Shown piece by piece: positions 1-8,019 of a stretch of 30,858 nucleotides of DNA. The stretch is taken from the IMG/VR virus record IMGVR_UViG_3300037478_000502, positions 1 through 30,858 of that record. The stretch is one strand, 5' to 3'. A program made the position numbers and the translations under genes. How positions within the stretch are numbered: position 1 is the first letter of the stretch; every line of letters begins with the position of its first letter. Below the pieces are notes generated by a model. It did no database searches. It saw only the letters and a list, made by a program, of their open reading frames with translations, and was not told where the DNA came from. The stretch comes from a virus. Taxonomy: Duplodnaviria; Caudoviricetes.

Positions 1-853
1 CCTGCGGGCTGTGGCCGCGATCCGGTCGCTCCGCAAGAATCTGACGAAGGGCATCGGCGCGACCACATACGAGTACGACAAGATCACGCCGGTCGGTGAG
101 GCGACTCAGGGCATGAGCATCCTGAACCTCGGTGACCGTGATCTCGTGACGTTCAGCAGGACGGCGATCCCGGTGCCCGTCACGGCCTCGCAATTCCGCA
201 TGGACGCGCGCCAGCTAGCAAGTGGCCGCGGCATGGGCGAGTCGGTCGATCTCACGAACATCGAGGAGCACACGCGGTCCGTGTCCGAAAAGCTGGAGGA
301 CACGCTCATCAACGGGTCGGGTGTCGTGCTCGGCGCGAACACGTTGCCGGGCTTCACCAACTTCTCGTGCCGGCAGGCGATCACGTTCAGCGACAGTGCA
401 TGGTCGAGCCTGACGCCGGCCACGTTCACGAGCACCGTTACGGACGTGCTCGCGGCGCGGACGGCGTTGCGCGATGACGGGTTCACCGGGCCATACGTGC
501 TCGCGATCCCGCCCAACTTCGACGGCGTGATGGACGAGGACTTCAAGGCCGAGAGCGATCGCACTGTCCGCGAGCGTCTGATGGCGATCGATGGTGTCGA
601 ACGGATCGAGGTCTGGCCGGCGCTGCCGGACAGCAACGTGTTGCTGGTCCAGCTCACGCGGTCGGTCGTCGAGATGCCGGTCGGTCAGGACATCACGGTC
701 GTGACCTGGGATGAGTACGGCGGGCTCGCAACGAACTGGGCGATCATCGCGGTACTGACGTTCGCGTTGAAATGTGCGAACGCGCGCGCACCACTGTCGA
801 ATGGAACGTTGCCGACGCTGACGACCGGCTCCGGCATCGCGCACATCAGCTGA
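1..853 (+). CDS. major capsid protein, HK97 fold, encapsulin/Linocin_M18-like (5' truncated)
   Basis: Frame is open from the window start. The pattern F.MDARQLA.GR..G..VD......TR.VSEKLED.LING...G..LPG.TN and DGFTGPYVL resembles Linocin_M18-like phage capsids. It precedes head-tail genes. Confidence 0.8.
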   Translation, partial: LRAVAAIRSLRKNLTKGIGATTYEYDKITPVGEATQGMSILNLGDRDLVTFSRTAIPVPVTASQFRMDARQLASGRGMGESVDLTNIEEHTRSVSEKLEDTLINGSGVVLGANTLPGFTNFSCRQAITFSDSAWSSLTPATFTSTVTDVLAARTALRDDGFTGPYVLAIPPNFDGVMDEDFKAESDRTVRERLMAIDGVERIEVWPALPDSNVLLVQLTRSVVEMPVGQDITVVTWDEYGGLATNWAIIAVLTFALKCANARAPLSNGTLPTLTTGSGIAHIS

Positions 854-865
854 GGACCGATTCCC

Positions 866-1354
866 ATGGCAATGACGTTGGAGCAGGCACAGGCCCAACA
901 CGCACGCGAAGTCGATGCGAACCGTCGCGAGGGTGTGATCGAGTGGCGCAACGGCGAGAAGCAGTCGGATCGCGTGTTCGAGGTGGTCGAGGGCAAGGCG
1001 CACCTGACCGACCCGGGTGATCCTAAGAAGCGCATCGTCATCGGTGAGGGGCACCGCATCCATCCGACCGAAGCGCAGCTCAAGCAGATCCAGAATCGCA
1101 AGGGCGGACTGTACGGAAAGGTTCGCGAACTGACGGGCACTGAGTACGACGCGCTCGGGAGGCGTGCATTCGCGCCCGGTGCCGACATCGGCTTGCGTCA
1201 GTTCAAAATGGCTGATGGCACGCTGAAGTACGCGCGCGAGGTCGGACTGACCGAGGACGACTTTGCCGGTGTCGAGCCCGAAGGTTCGGCGGGCTACTTC
1301 ACCCGCTCGCAGGTGGAGGCGATCGCCGAGTCCCGCACCAGCCCGGCAGCGTGA
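866..1354 (+). CDS. hypothetical capsid-adjacent protein with C-terminal E3-binding (PSBD)-like motif
   Basis: GAGGA RBS upstream. C-terminus LKYAREVGLTEDDFAGVEPEGSAGYFTRSQVEA resembles the PSBD helix-loop-helix. Confidence 0.6.
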   Translation: MAMTLEQAQAQHAREVDANRREGVIEWRNGEKQSDRVFEVVEGKAHLTDPGDPKKRIVIGEGHRIHPTEAQLKQIQNRKGGLYGKVRELTGTEYDALGRRAFAPGADIGLRQFKMADGTLKYAREVGLTEDDFAGVEPEGSAGYFTRSQVEAIAESRTSPAA

Positions 1355-1360
1355 GATGCG

Positions 1361-1771
1361 ATGTCGATTCGCGTCGATGTGGCCGATGTGCAGGAGTTGC
1401 TGACCGCGACAGCCTCCGAGGTCGTGCTACAGGGCCACATCGTTGCGGCTTCGCTATGGATTGACAACTACCTCGTCGGCAAGTGCTCGGCGCTCTCTGT
1501 GTCAAAGTTGCCGACCATCGAGAAGTACCTCGCCGCCCATCTGTACACGGTAGCGCAGCAGGGCGGGACCGGTCCCCTGATAGAAGCAAGACGCGCCGAC
1601 ATCGCCGAGAAGTATGCTGCGCCCAGCGACAGCGGTCGCGGCGATTCGACGTATCTGCACACGGCGGTCGCATTCGATCCGTGTGGCGTGGTCGCTGAGC
1701 ACTTTCTCAACCGCAAGCGCGTGAAGTGGCGGGTCGGTGCGGGCTACCGGTCGACGACGGGTGGTCCCTGA
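1361..1771 (+). CDS. head-tail connector/adaptor protein
   Basis: Position after capsid; IEKYLAAHL and S.Y...A..FDPCG motifs typical of gp6/gp15-like adaptors. Confidence 0.7.
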   Translation: MSIRVDVADVQELLTATASEVVLQGHIVAASLWIDNYLVGKCSALSVSKLPTIEKYLAAHLYTVAQQGGTGPLIEARRADIAEKYAAPSDSGRGDSTYLHTAVAFDPCGVVAEHFLNRKRVKWRVGAGYRSTTGGP

Positions 1772-2145
1772 TGCCTCAGATCCTCCAGACCACCCGCGCG
1801 TTACCGACCGAGACGCTGTCATGGGAGCCGTTCCTCGGGCTGTCCGGCACTGGTGCGCCGAGCTTCGACACGGCGCGTGACCTCGACGCGAACGTGGTGC
1901 TGTACGACACGGCGCGCATCGGGTCCGGCTCTGCTGACGAGTATCTGATCGACCGCGATGGCACACGCATCGAGATCGCGATGACACTGTACGTGCAGGG
2001 CGATGTAGCGGCTGTGCCCGTGCAGGGCGACCGCATCACGCGCTCGGGCATCGTCTATCTCGTTGCCGAACGCAAGGACGTGGCGGGCCTCTATTACCTG
2101 CCGGGCCAGCCTGACCATTTCCGTTTGCGATGCAGGGCCGAATGA
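1771..2145 (+). CDS. head-closure (stopper) protein
   Basis: TGATG overlap with upstream stop; beta-rich, with GDRIT..G..Y.V motif; synteny. Confidence 0.6.
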   Translation: MPQILQTTRALPTETLSWEPFLGLSGTGAPSFDTARDLDANVVLYDTARIGSGSADEYLIDRDGTRIEIAMTLYVQGDVAAVPVQGDRITRSGIVYLVAERKDVAGLYYLPGQPDHFRLRCRAE

Positions 2146-2555
2146 ACGCGCGCATCCGGATCCGTAACACGGCCGAAGTCGCGCGCAAGATCGAGGCGCT
2201 GGCGCGAATAGGCGGCGATCGCCTGACCAGCGGGATGCGTGTTGTTGGCGAGTCGATCATGACGGACGTGAAGGCCAGCCGACCGGGTGCGGGCGTGCCT
2301 GTTGATACCGGCGCATTGCGCGCGAGCGGCCGAGTCAGCGGACCGGATAGCGGGGGGACAGTGACGCTGTCGTTCGGCGGGGCCGCCGCGCCCTACGCAC
2401 TTCGACAGCACGAGGAGCTTAACTACCGACACACGGTCGGCGAGGCGCGCTACCTGATCCGCGGGCTCGAGCGATTCGAGGCGGGTCGCGGACCGCAGGA
2501 CGCACTGCGCGAAGCTGCTGATGCCGCGATCCAGAAGGCGAAGCGCACGGCATGA
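2142..2555 (+). CDS. HK97 gp10-like neck/tail-completion protein
   Basis: ATGA overlap; VPVDTGALRASG, APYALRQHE and GEARYL motifs. Confidence 0.8.
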   Translation: MNARIRIRNTAEVARKIEALARIGGDRLTSGMRVVGESIMTDVKASRPGAGVPVDTGALRASGRVSGPDSGGTVTLSFGGAAAPYALRQHEELNYRHTVGEARYLIRGLERFEAGRGPQDALREAADAAIQKAKRTA

Positions 2556-2989
2556 GCATGGTTGAGGACGTGCAGGAGCACTTGCGCGATCGCGGAATCG
2601 TGGACGGGTCGAGCGACTGGCCGTCGATCCAGCGGATCGTACATGACGGCGCGAAAACATCGCCGGTCCATCGACTCGTGATCCTGACCGAGGATGGTGG
2701 ATTCGAGCCGGAGCCACCGTCGTTCAGCGGCATCGGCGACAGCGCGTTCGAGTGGCCGAACGTGCAGGTCCGGGTGCGAGGCGCGAAGGGCGAGGGCGTC
2801 GAGGCATACGAGAAAATGATGGAGATCCGGGACGCGCTGCACGGCCGGCGCAACGAGACGGTCGGCTATACGCACTACATCGCGGTCAAGGCACTCAGCG
2901 GGATCCTGTACATCGGGTTGGACTCGGTCGAACGGCCGGAGTTCACGCTGTCGTTTCAGGGCTGGAAGTCGATCGCACTGGTCTCATAG
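2552..2989 (+). CDS. tail terminator ('minor capsid'-family) protein
   Basis: ATGA overlap; P.VQVRVRG...Y.....I.DAL and IGLD..ERPEFTLSF motifs; immediately before tail tube. Confidence 0.75.
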   Translation: MSMVEDVQEHLRDRGIVDGSSDWPSIQRIVHDGAKTSPVHRLVILTEDGGFEPEPPSFSGIGDSAFEWPNVQVRVRGAKGEGVEAYEKMMEIRDALHGRRNETVGYTHYIAVKALSGILYIGLDSVERPEFTLSFQGWKSIALVS

Positions 2990-3001
2990 GAGGAGGACAG
3001 A

Positions 3002-3427
3002 ATGGGCATATCCGCGCACGGGACGCAGGTCACGATCGACTCAACGCCGATCGGCGGGATTTTCGAGATCAGCGGACCCGAGGAAGAAAAGGCGCTGATC
3101 GAGGTCACGGACCACGACAGCGGTGGTGACCGCGAGTACGTGCCCGGCCTGCGCGACGGCGGGACGCTGACACTGAATTGCCGATACGAGGCGGCCGACG
3201 ACGGACAGCAGGCACTGTGGGCCAGCTACGGCGATCCGCTGAACAGCCTGTCGACTTTCGTTGTGACGCCACCGGAGGACCCGACGGTCTCGACGGACAC
3301 GTTCACGCTGACGTTCGAGGGCTTCGTGATCTCGCGTAGTCCCGCGTTCCCATTCGATGACGCGATGGGCATGACATTCGGCATCAAGATCAGCGGTGCC
3401 GTGGTCAACAGCCTGGTGAGCGTCTGA
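3002..3427 (+). CDS. major tail tube protein (lambda gpV-like)
   Basis: Strong RBS AGGAGGAGG at 2988-2996; IEVTDHDSGGDREYVPGLRDGGTL and F.GFV...IKISG motifs. Confidence 0.85.
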   Translation: MGISAHGTQVTIDSTPIGGIFEISGPEEEKALIEVTDHDSGGDREYVPGLRDGGTLTLNCRYEAADDGQQALWASYGDPLNSLSTFVVTPPEDPTVSTDTFTLTFEGFVISRSPAFPFDDAMGMTFGIKISGAVVNSLVSV

Positions 3428-3756
3428 TGAGCGCCGCAGCAAAGGCCATCCCGGTAACGCTGGCGGGTGAGCAGCACACGATCCGCATCACGCAGCGCGC
3501 GATCGTCGAACTGGAGGACCGGTTCGGCATCACAATGATCGAGGCAGGCGAGAAGCTACAGAAAGGCAGCCTCAAGACGATCGCCGCATTGCTCTGGGCT
3601 GGGCTGCTGCACGAGACGCCGCGGCTGTCCTTCGATGACGTGCTCGGCAAGATCGACTTGCATGACCTCGAAACACCGGCCAAGGCGATTGCGGACGCGA
3701 TGGTCGCTGCGTTCGGCAAGGGCGAGCCGGAGGGAAACGCACAACCCGCCGCCTGA
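3427..3756 (+). CDS. tail assembly chaperone (gpG-like)
   Basis: Lies between tail tube and tape measure; AIVELEDRFG and LLWAGLLH motifs; slippery site near the 3' end. Confidence 0.8.
   Translation: MSAAAKAIPVTLAGEQHTIRITQRAIVELEDRFGITMIEAGEKLQKGSLKTIAALLWAGLLHETPRLSFDDVLGKIDLHDLETPAKAIADAMVAAFGKGEPEGNAQPAA
3732..3738 (+). other. -1 programmed ribosomal frameshift slippery heptamer GGGAAAC
   Basis: In-frame X XXY YYZ pattern (gaG GGA AAC); the -1 frame is open to 4085. Confidence 0.8.
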
Positions 3757-4085
3757 CTCGGATCGAAGGCTGGAGCCGGTCGGTCGCGGCGGGGATACCG
3801 GATGAACTCTACTGGAGGCTCACGCCGATTGAGACGGGAGCACTGCTCGATTCGATCGAAGCACGCGAGGAGGCATACCAGCGGGCCGACACACTGAGGT
3901 TCGGCCTCATTGCGTCCATCCTCATCAACACCCATCGCAAGCCGGGCGCGAAGGTCGTGACGCCGGAGGACTTCCTGCCGCGCTCGACCAAGCCGCCACC
4001 GCCCGCTACCCCGAAACAGGTCCGCGACTATCTGCTCGCTATGGCCGCAGCGCATAACGCCAGCCTGAAGGGCAAGGCCAACTGA
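3732..4085 (+). CDS. tail assembly chaperone gpT-like extension (gpGT fusion by -1 frameshift)
   Basis: Manual translation GKRTTRRL...GIPDELYWRLTPIE...ASILINTHRKPGAKVVTPEDFLP...GKAN*. Its stop overlaps the tape measure ATG. Not in the ORF track because it lacks a start codon at its 5' end. Confidence 0.8.
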   Translation, partial: GKRTTRRLTRIEGWSRSVAAGIPDELYWRLTPIETGALLDSIEAREEAYQRADTLRFGLIASILINTHRKPGAKVVTPEDFLPRSTKPPPPATPKQVRDYLLAMAAAHNASLKGKAN

Positions 4086-6862
4086 TGCCGGGTCAGGTAG
4101 TCGGCACCGCGATCCTCGAACTGCTGGGCGATTCCGCGCAATTCCGCGCGGAGATGAAGCGTGCCGCCAGTCGGTTCGAGGACGTGGGCCGGCGCATGGA
4201 GGCCGCGGGCCGCACACTGACGGCTGCGGTCACACTCCCGATCGTGGCCATCGGTGTTGCGGCCGGCAAGGCCGCCATAGACTTCGAGTCGAGCTTTGCG
4301 GGCATCCGCAAGACCATGGACCTGACGGAAGCCGAGTTCAGGCAGCTTGCGCAGGCCAACCGCGACCTCGCGAAAGCCATCCCTGTCAGCGTCAACGAAC
4401 TGAACCGCATTGGTGAGCTTGCTGGCCAGTTGGGTATCCGCGGCGTGGGAAACGTCCTGAAGTTCGAGGACACGATCGCACGACTTGCCGTCACCACGGA
4501 CCTGACCGCCGATCAGGCCGCACTCGCGTTCGCGCAGATCGCAAACGTCATCCAGCTCCCGCAAGATCAGGTCGACCGGCTGGGCGCTACCGTTGTCGGG
4601 CTGGGCAACAATTTCGCGACGACCGAGTCCCGCATAGTCGACTTTACTCAGCGGATCGCGGGCGCGGCCAAGATTGCGGGCGTGACGACGGGTGCGACCG
4701 CCGGTATCGCGACGGCGTTTGCGTCAATGGGCGTCGAAGCGGAAGCGGGCGGCACGGCTGTACAGAAAGTGCTGCTTGCGATGGTGTCGGCGGTCGAGTC
4801 GGGTGGCGACGAGTTGGCTGCGTTTGCTGGCACGGCCGGGCTGACCGCCGCGGAGTTTGCGGAATCGTTCCGTCGCGATGCGGCGGGTGCGTTTGCGTCA
4901 TTCGTCGAGGGGCTGGGCCGTCAGGGCAACGCGGCGATCGGTACGCTCGAACGACTCGGGCTACAGGACCAGCGGCTGATTCGCGCGTTCCTCGCTGCGG
5001 CCGGCGCGGGCGATCTCGTCACTCGCGCCATCGCGCAAGGTAATCGAGAGTTTGAACTCAACACGGCGCTGGTCGAGGAATCAGCCAAGCGGTTTGATAC
5101 AGCGGCCAGCAAGCTGCGCGTGTTCTGGAACCAGCTAGTAGACATATCGATCACGCTGGGCGATGCGTTTGTTCCGATTCTTATTGATGCGCTGGATGCA
5201 TTGCAGCCCGTGGTCGAGGCGGCGGCGGCGGTCGCTGAGGCGTTTTCCAGATTGCCACGGCCGATTCGGCTTGTAACGGTCGCCATTGTAGGTATGGTTG
5301 CTGCACTCGCTCCTGCGCTTATTGCGTTCGGATTGCTGAGCAAATCGATCGGTCTCGCAAGTTCAGCGTTCGGGATTCTGGTGGGCGGGCAGCTTGCGCA
5401 GTTCACGATCGCCACCGCACGGGCATTGTTCACGGTGCAGTCGTTCGGGGCCGGGTTCGCGGTCCTCCGAAGCGCACTGACGTTGTTCGGCGGCGCACTG
5501 CTTGGTCCTGCTGGTATCGTAGCTGGAATCACGGCTGTTGTTGGTGTGTTCGCGCTATGGCGTCGTGCAACGGCAGATCAGCGGGCTGAGCAGGACGCGC
5601 TGAACACAGTGCTCGGCACAACGACGGGTCTGCTGGACGAACAGCGCATCGCTGGCATCCGTGCCATTGAGGCGCGGATAGCGGCGCTTACGACCGAAGC
5701 CGAACGGCTGCGCGCGCTCTCGGCGCGATACAAGGAAGGCTCGCGCATCAACGAGGAGTTTGCAGAACAGGCGAGTGATGCTGAGCTGGCGGTATTCCAG
5801 TTGCGGACCCGGCTGGAAGAACTGCTCCACCCGGTCGAGGCGTTGTCGAGGGTCCCGCCAATCGACAGTGCATTCAGCAATGTCGATCTGCCTGGTATCG
5901 TCAACGAGGACGTCACGGCTGCGATCGACGAACTGCGTGCCTCGCTCCGGTCGGCCGCAATTCTGTCGGATGTGCTGGGCGATTCGTTCAACCGGGGCGA
6001 GGCCGAAGCGGGTGCCTACCGTCAGGCGGTCGAAGCCTTGGTGGATGCCGGGTTGCAGGCTGCGGACGCGACCGGGTTCCAGAGCCTGACGCTCCAGCAG
6101 TTGGCCGATCGGTACGCCGAAGTGCAGGCCCGTGTTGATGCGGCCGTCCAGACGCAGCACGAGCACGCTGAGGCCATGCGTGACGCGCAGCGCGCACTGA
6201 CTCAACAGGCTGCGGCTATCGACGCGATCATCAACCCGCTGCGCCGACAGAACGAGCAAGTCGCGCTGGCCGTGCAGTTGTGGACGCTCGGGATCATCAG
6301 TCTGGAGCGGCTGTCCGAGGTCATGGCGGAAGCCTACGGCACTGCGGCCGAAAAGGTCACGCAATCTACGGAGCGCATCAGCGCCGAGTTGGACCTGCTG
6401 TTCAGCGGCCTCGCGAACCTTGCCAACAGCTTCGCGAGCTTCGCTGCGGACGGCAGACAGTCGTTCGGCCAATTCGCTGAAGCCGTGATCCGCGACATCG
6501 CTCGCATCATTGCCCGACTGATCGCGCTCAAGGCCATTGCCGCGTTCCTGAACGTGATATCACCGGGCACGGGTACGGCCTTCGCGACCTTCGCCGGCAT
6601 CGGCTCGCGCGCGCATGGCGGTCCGGTCGCGGCCAACCGGCCGTATCTGGTCGGCGAGCGTGGTCCGGAACTGTTTGTGCCGCAGTCGGCCGGTACCGTT
6701 GTGGCGAGTGGCGCTGGCGGTGGTACGTTGCGACTGGACACCGCGAGCCTGCCGCCGCGGCCAGCCGCCGTGTCGCCGGACGCACTGGCCACTGATGACT
6801 GGTGGCGTCGCGCGTTCAGCCACCTGACCCTCGACTATCGCGATAGGGGCGGGCTCGCATGA
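4085..6862 (+). CDS. tape measure protein (TP901 family)
   Basis: 925 aa, Ala-rich and helical; DFESSFAGIRKT, LGNNFATTESRI, AEAGGTA core; C-terminal RAHGGPV..RPYLVGERGPELFVP. Confidence 0.93.
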   Translation: MPGQVVGTAILELLGDSAQFRAEMKRAASRFEDVGRRMEAAGRTLTAAVTLPIVAIGVAAGKAAIDFESSFAGIRKTMDLTEAEFRQLAQANRDLAKAIPVSVNELNRIGELAGQLGIRGVGNVLKFEDTIARLAVTTDLTADQAALAFAQIANVIQLPQDQVDRLGATVVGLGNNFATTESRIVDFTQRIAGAAKIAGVTTGATAGIATAFASMGVEAEAGGTAVQKVLLAMVSAVESGGDELAAFAGTAGLTAAEFAESFRRDAAGAFASFVEGLGRQGNAAIGTLERLGLQDQRLIRAFLAAAGAGDLVTRAIAQGNREFELNTALVEESAKRFDTAASKLRVFWNQLVDISITLGDAFVPILIDALDALQPVVEAAAAVAEAFSRLPRPIRLVTVAIVGMVAALAPALIAFGLLSKSIGLASSAFGILVGGQLAQFTIATARALFTVQSFGAGFAVLRSALTLFGGALLGPAGIVAGITAVVGVFALWRRATADQRAEQDALNTVLGTTTGLLDEQRIAGIRAIEARIAALTTEAERLRALSARYKEGSRINEEFAEQASDAELAVFQLRTRLEELLHPVEALSRVPPIDSAFSNVDLPGIVNEDVTAAIDELRASLRSAAILSDVLGDSFNRGEAEAGAYRQAVEALVDAGLQAADATGFQSLTLQQLADRYAEVQARVDAAVQTQHEHAEAMRDAQRALTQQAAAIDAIINPLRRQNEQVALAVQLWTLGIISLERLSEVMAEAYGTAAEKVTQSTERISAELDLLFSGLANLANSFASFAADGRQSFGQFAEAVIRDIARIIARLIALKAIAAFLNVISPGTGTAFATFAGIGSRAHGGPVAANRPYLVGERGPELFVPQSAGTVVASGAGGGTLRLDTASLPPRPAAVSPDALATDDWWRRAFSHLTLDYRDRGGLA

Positions 6863-6864
6863 AG

Positions 6865-7515
6865 TCAGTCTACGTGCCGCCAGCTCCGTCTTTTGACTAC
6901 GGCCGAGATCGCGCCCGTACTAACTCCGTAATCAGTAGCAAGTTGCGTAATCGTGTCGCCTCTATTGCGGCGTGCGCGAATGGAACGCACTTGGTCAGTC
7001 GTCAGCCGGGCGGAGTGGCTGTGCTCGCCGCTGATGCTTCGCGCCTGTTGTTTGGTGGTGGCCCATCGGCAGTTGTCTGGACTATATGGCCCATCGTTGT
7101 CGATTCGGTCAACGGAGAGTCCGCGTTCCGGCCGCCGGCCCATGTCCGCGAGAAATGCCGCAAAACTTTCGCGCCATCGGGTGCATATCGTGATGCCCCG
7201 CCCGCCGTATCGGTGGAAGAACTGGTCATTAGGGTTGAGACATCGCTTCTTGATCGATTTCCACGTTCGATACTCAGTGGTTTCGGAGCCATTCGCGGCA
7301 TGGCCGTGAGTTGTCCGCATAGACGCGCGTTGACGCTGAAGACAGCCGCACGACTGAGTCAGCCCAGCGGTCAGGTTGCTGCCTATGGCGACCACTTCGT
7401 TTCCGCAGTCACAACGGCAAAGCCATTTGGTTTTGGAGAATCTAGTTTGGCCAGCATGGCAGATGACGGTCAGGCGACCGTAGCGATTTCCCGTAATTCT
7501 CAGGGGCGCAGGCAT
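6865..7515 (-). CDS. HNH-family homing endonuclease with C-terminal HTH
   Basis: [51 protein letters not shown] motifs; antisense to the late operon and visibly more AT-rich. Confidence 0.88.
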   Translation of the reverse strand: MPAPLRITGNRYGRLTVICHAGQTRFSKTKWLCRCDCGNEVVAIGSNLTAGLTQSCGCLQRQRASMRTTHGHAANGSETTEYRTWKSIKKRCLNPNDQFFHRYGGRGITICTRWRESFAAFLADMGRRPERGLSVDRIDNDGPYSPDNCRWATTKQQARSISGEHSHSARLTTDQVRSIRARRNRGDTITQLATDYGVSTGAISAVVKRRSWRHVD

Positions 7516-7522
7516 GCCTAAC

Positions 7523-7551
7523 AATATACAGCGACGGGATGTATTAGTCCA
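7523..7551 (-). promoter_or_regulatory. putative sigma70 promoter for a leaderless HNH transcript
   Basis: Minus strand reads TGGACT-17 nt-TATATT-7 nt-ATG(7515); no SD sequence. Confidence 0.5.
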
Positions 7552-7569
7552 CCGTCTGGGCAAGCTCTG

Positions 7570-8019
7570 ATGGCAACCGCTGCGCTGAAAGGATCCGCGA
7601 CAATCACGTACACGCCGCCGGGTGGTGCGCAGGTCGTGCATCAGCTCGCGATCCCGCTGCTACAGATTGAGCCGGCCGACCGCATGGCGCGCTACGATTG
7701 GTGGGCTGAGGACTTCGACAATCGCGAGGTCGTCACGCTTGGGACGGGCGTCTACGAGATCCGGGCGAGCGTGCGGTTCGAGAATCAGCCGGACGAACTC
7801 AAGGCGCTGTTGCGGACGTCGCTCCGAAGTGATGTCACGCTGTTCTACACGGTCGGCTCGACAATCTACCCGCTGCGGCTTGTGGCCGTGCTCGGTGCAT
7901 CCGACATGGACGAAACGCCGCTCGTACCCGACCGCGACCGCTACGGGTTCGGCGAGTGGGAATGCCGGCTGCACCTGCGTCGTACTGACGGCTCGACTCT
8001 CGACGCGCTGTTCTCATGA
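7570..8019 (+). CDS. putative distal tail (Dit-like) protein
   Basis: First rightward structural-looking gene after the tape measure; 149 aa; synteny only. Confidence 0.5.
   Translation: MATAALKGSATITYTPPGGAQVVHQLAIPLLQIEPADRMARYDWWAEDFDNREVVTLGTGVYEIRASVRFENQPDELKALLRTSLRSDVTLFYTVGSTIYPLRLVAVLGASDMDETPLVPDRDRYGFGEWECRLHLRRTDGSTLDALFS

Noticed and set aside
1-853. Cellular encapsulin nanocompartment operon
   Set aside because: Followed by connector, tail tube and tape measure genes, with no cargo enzyme visible.
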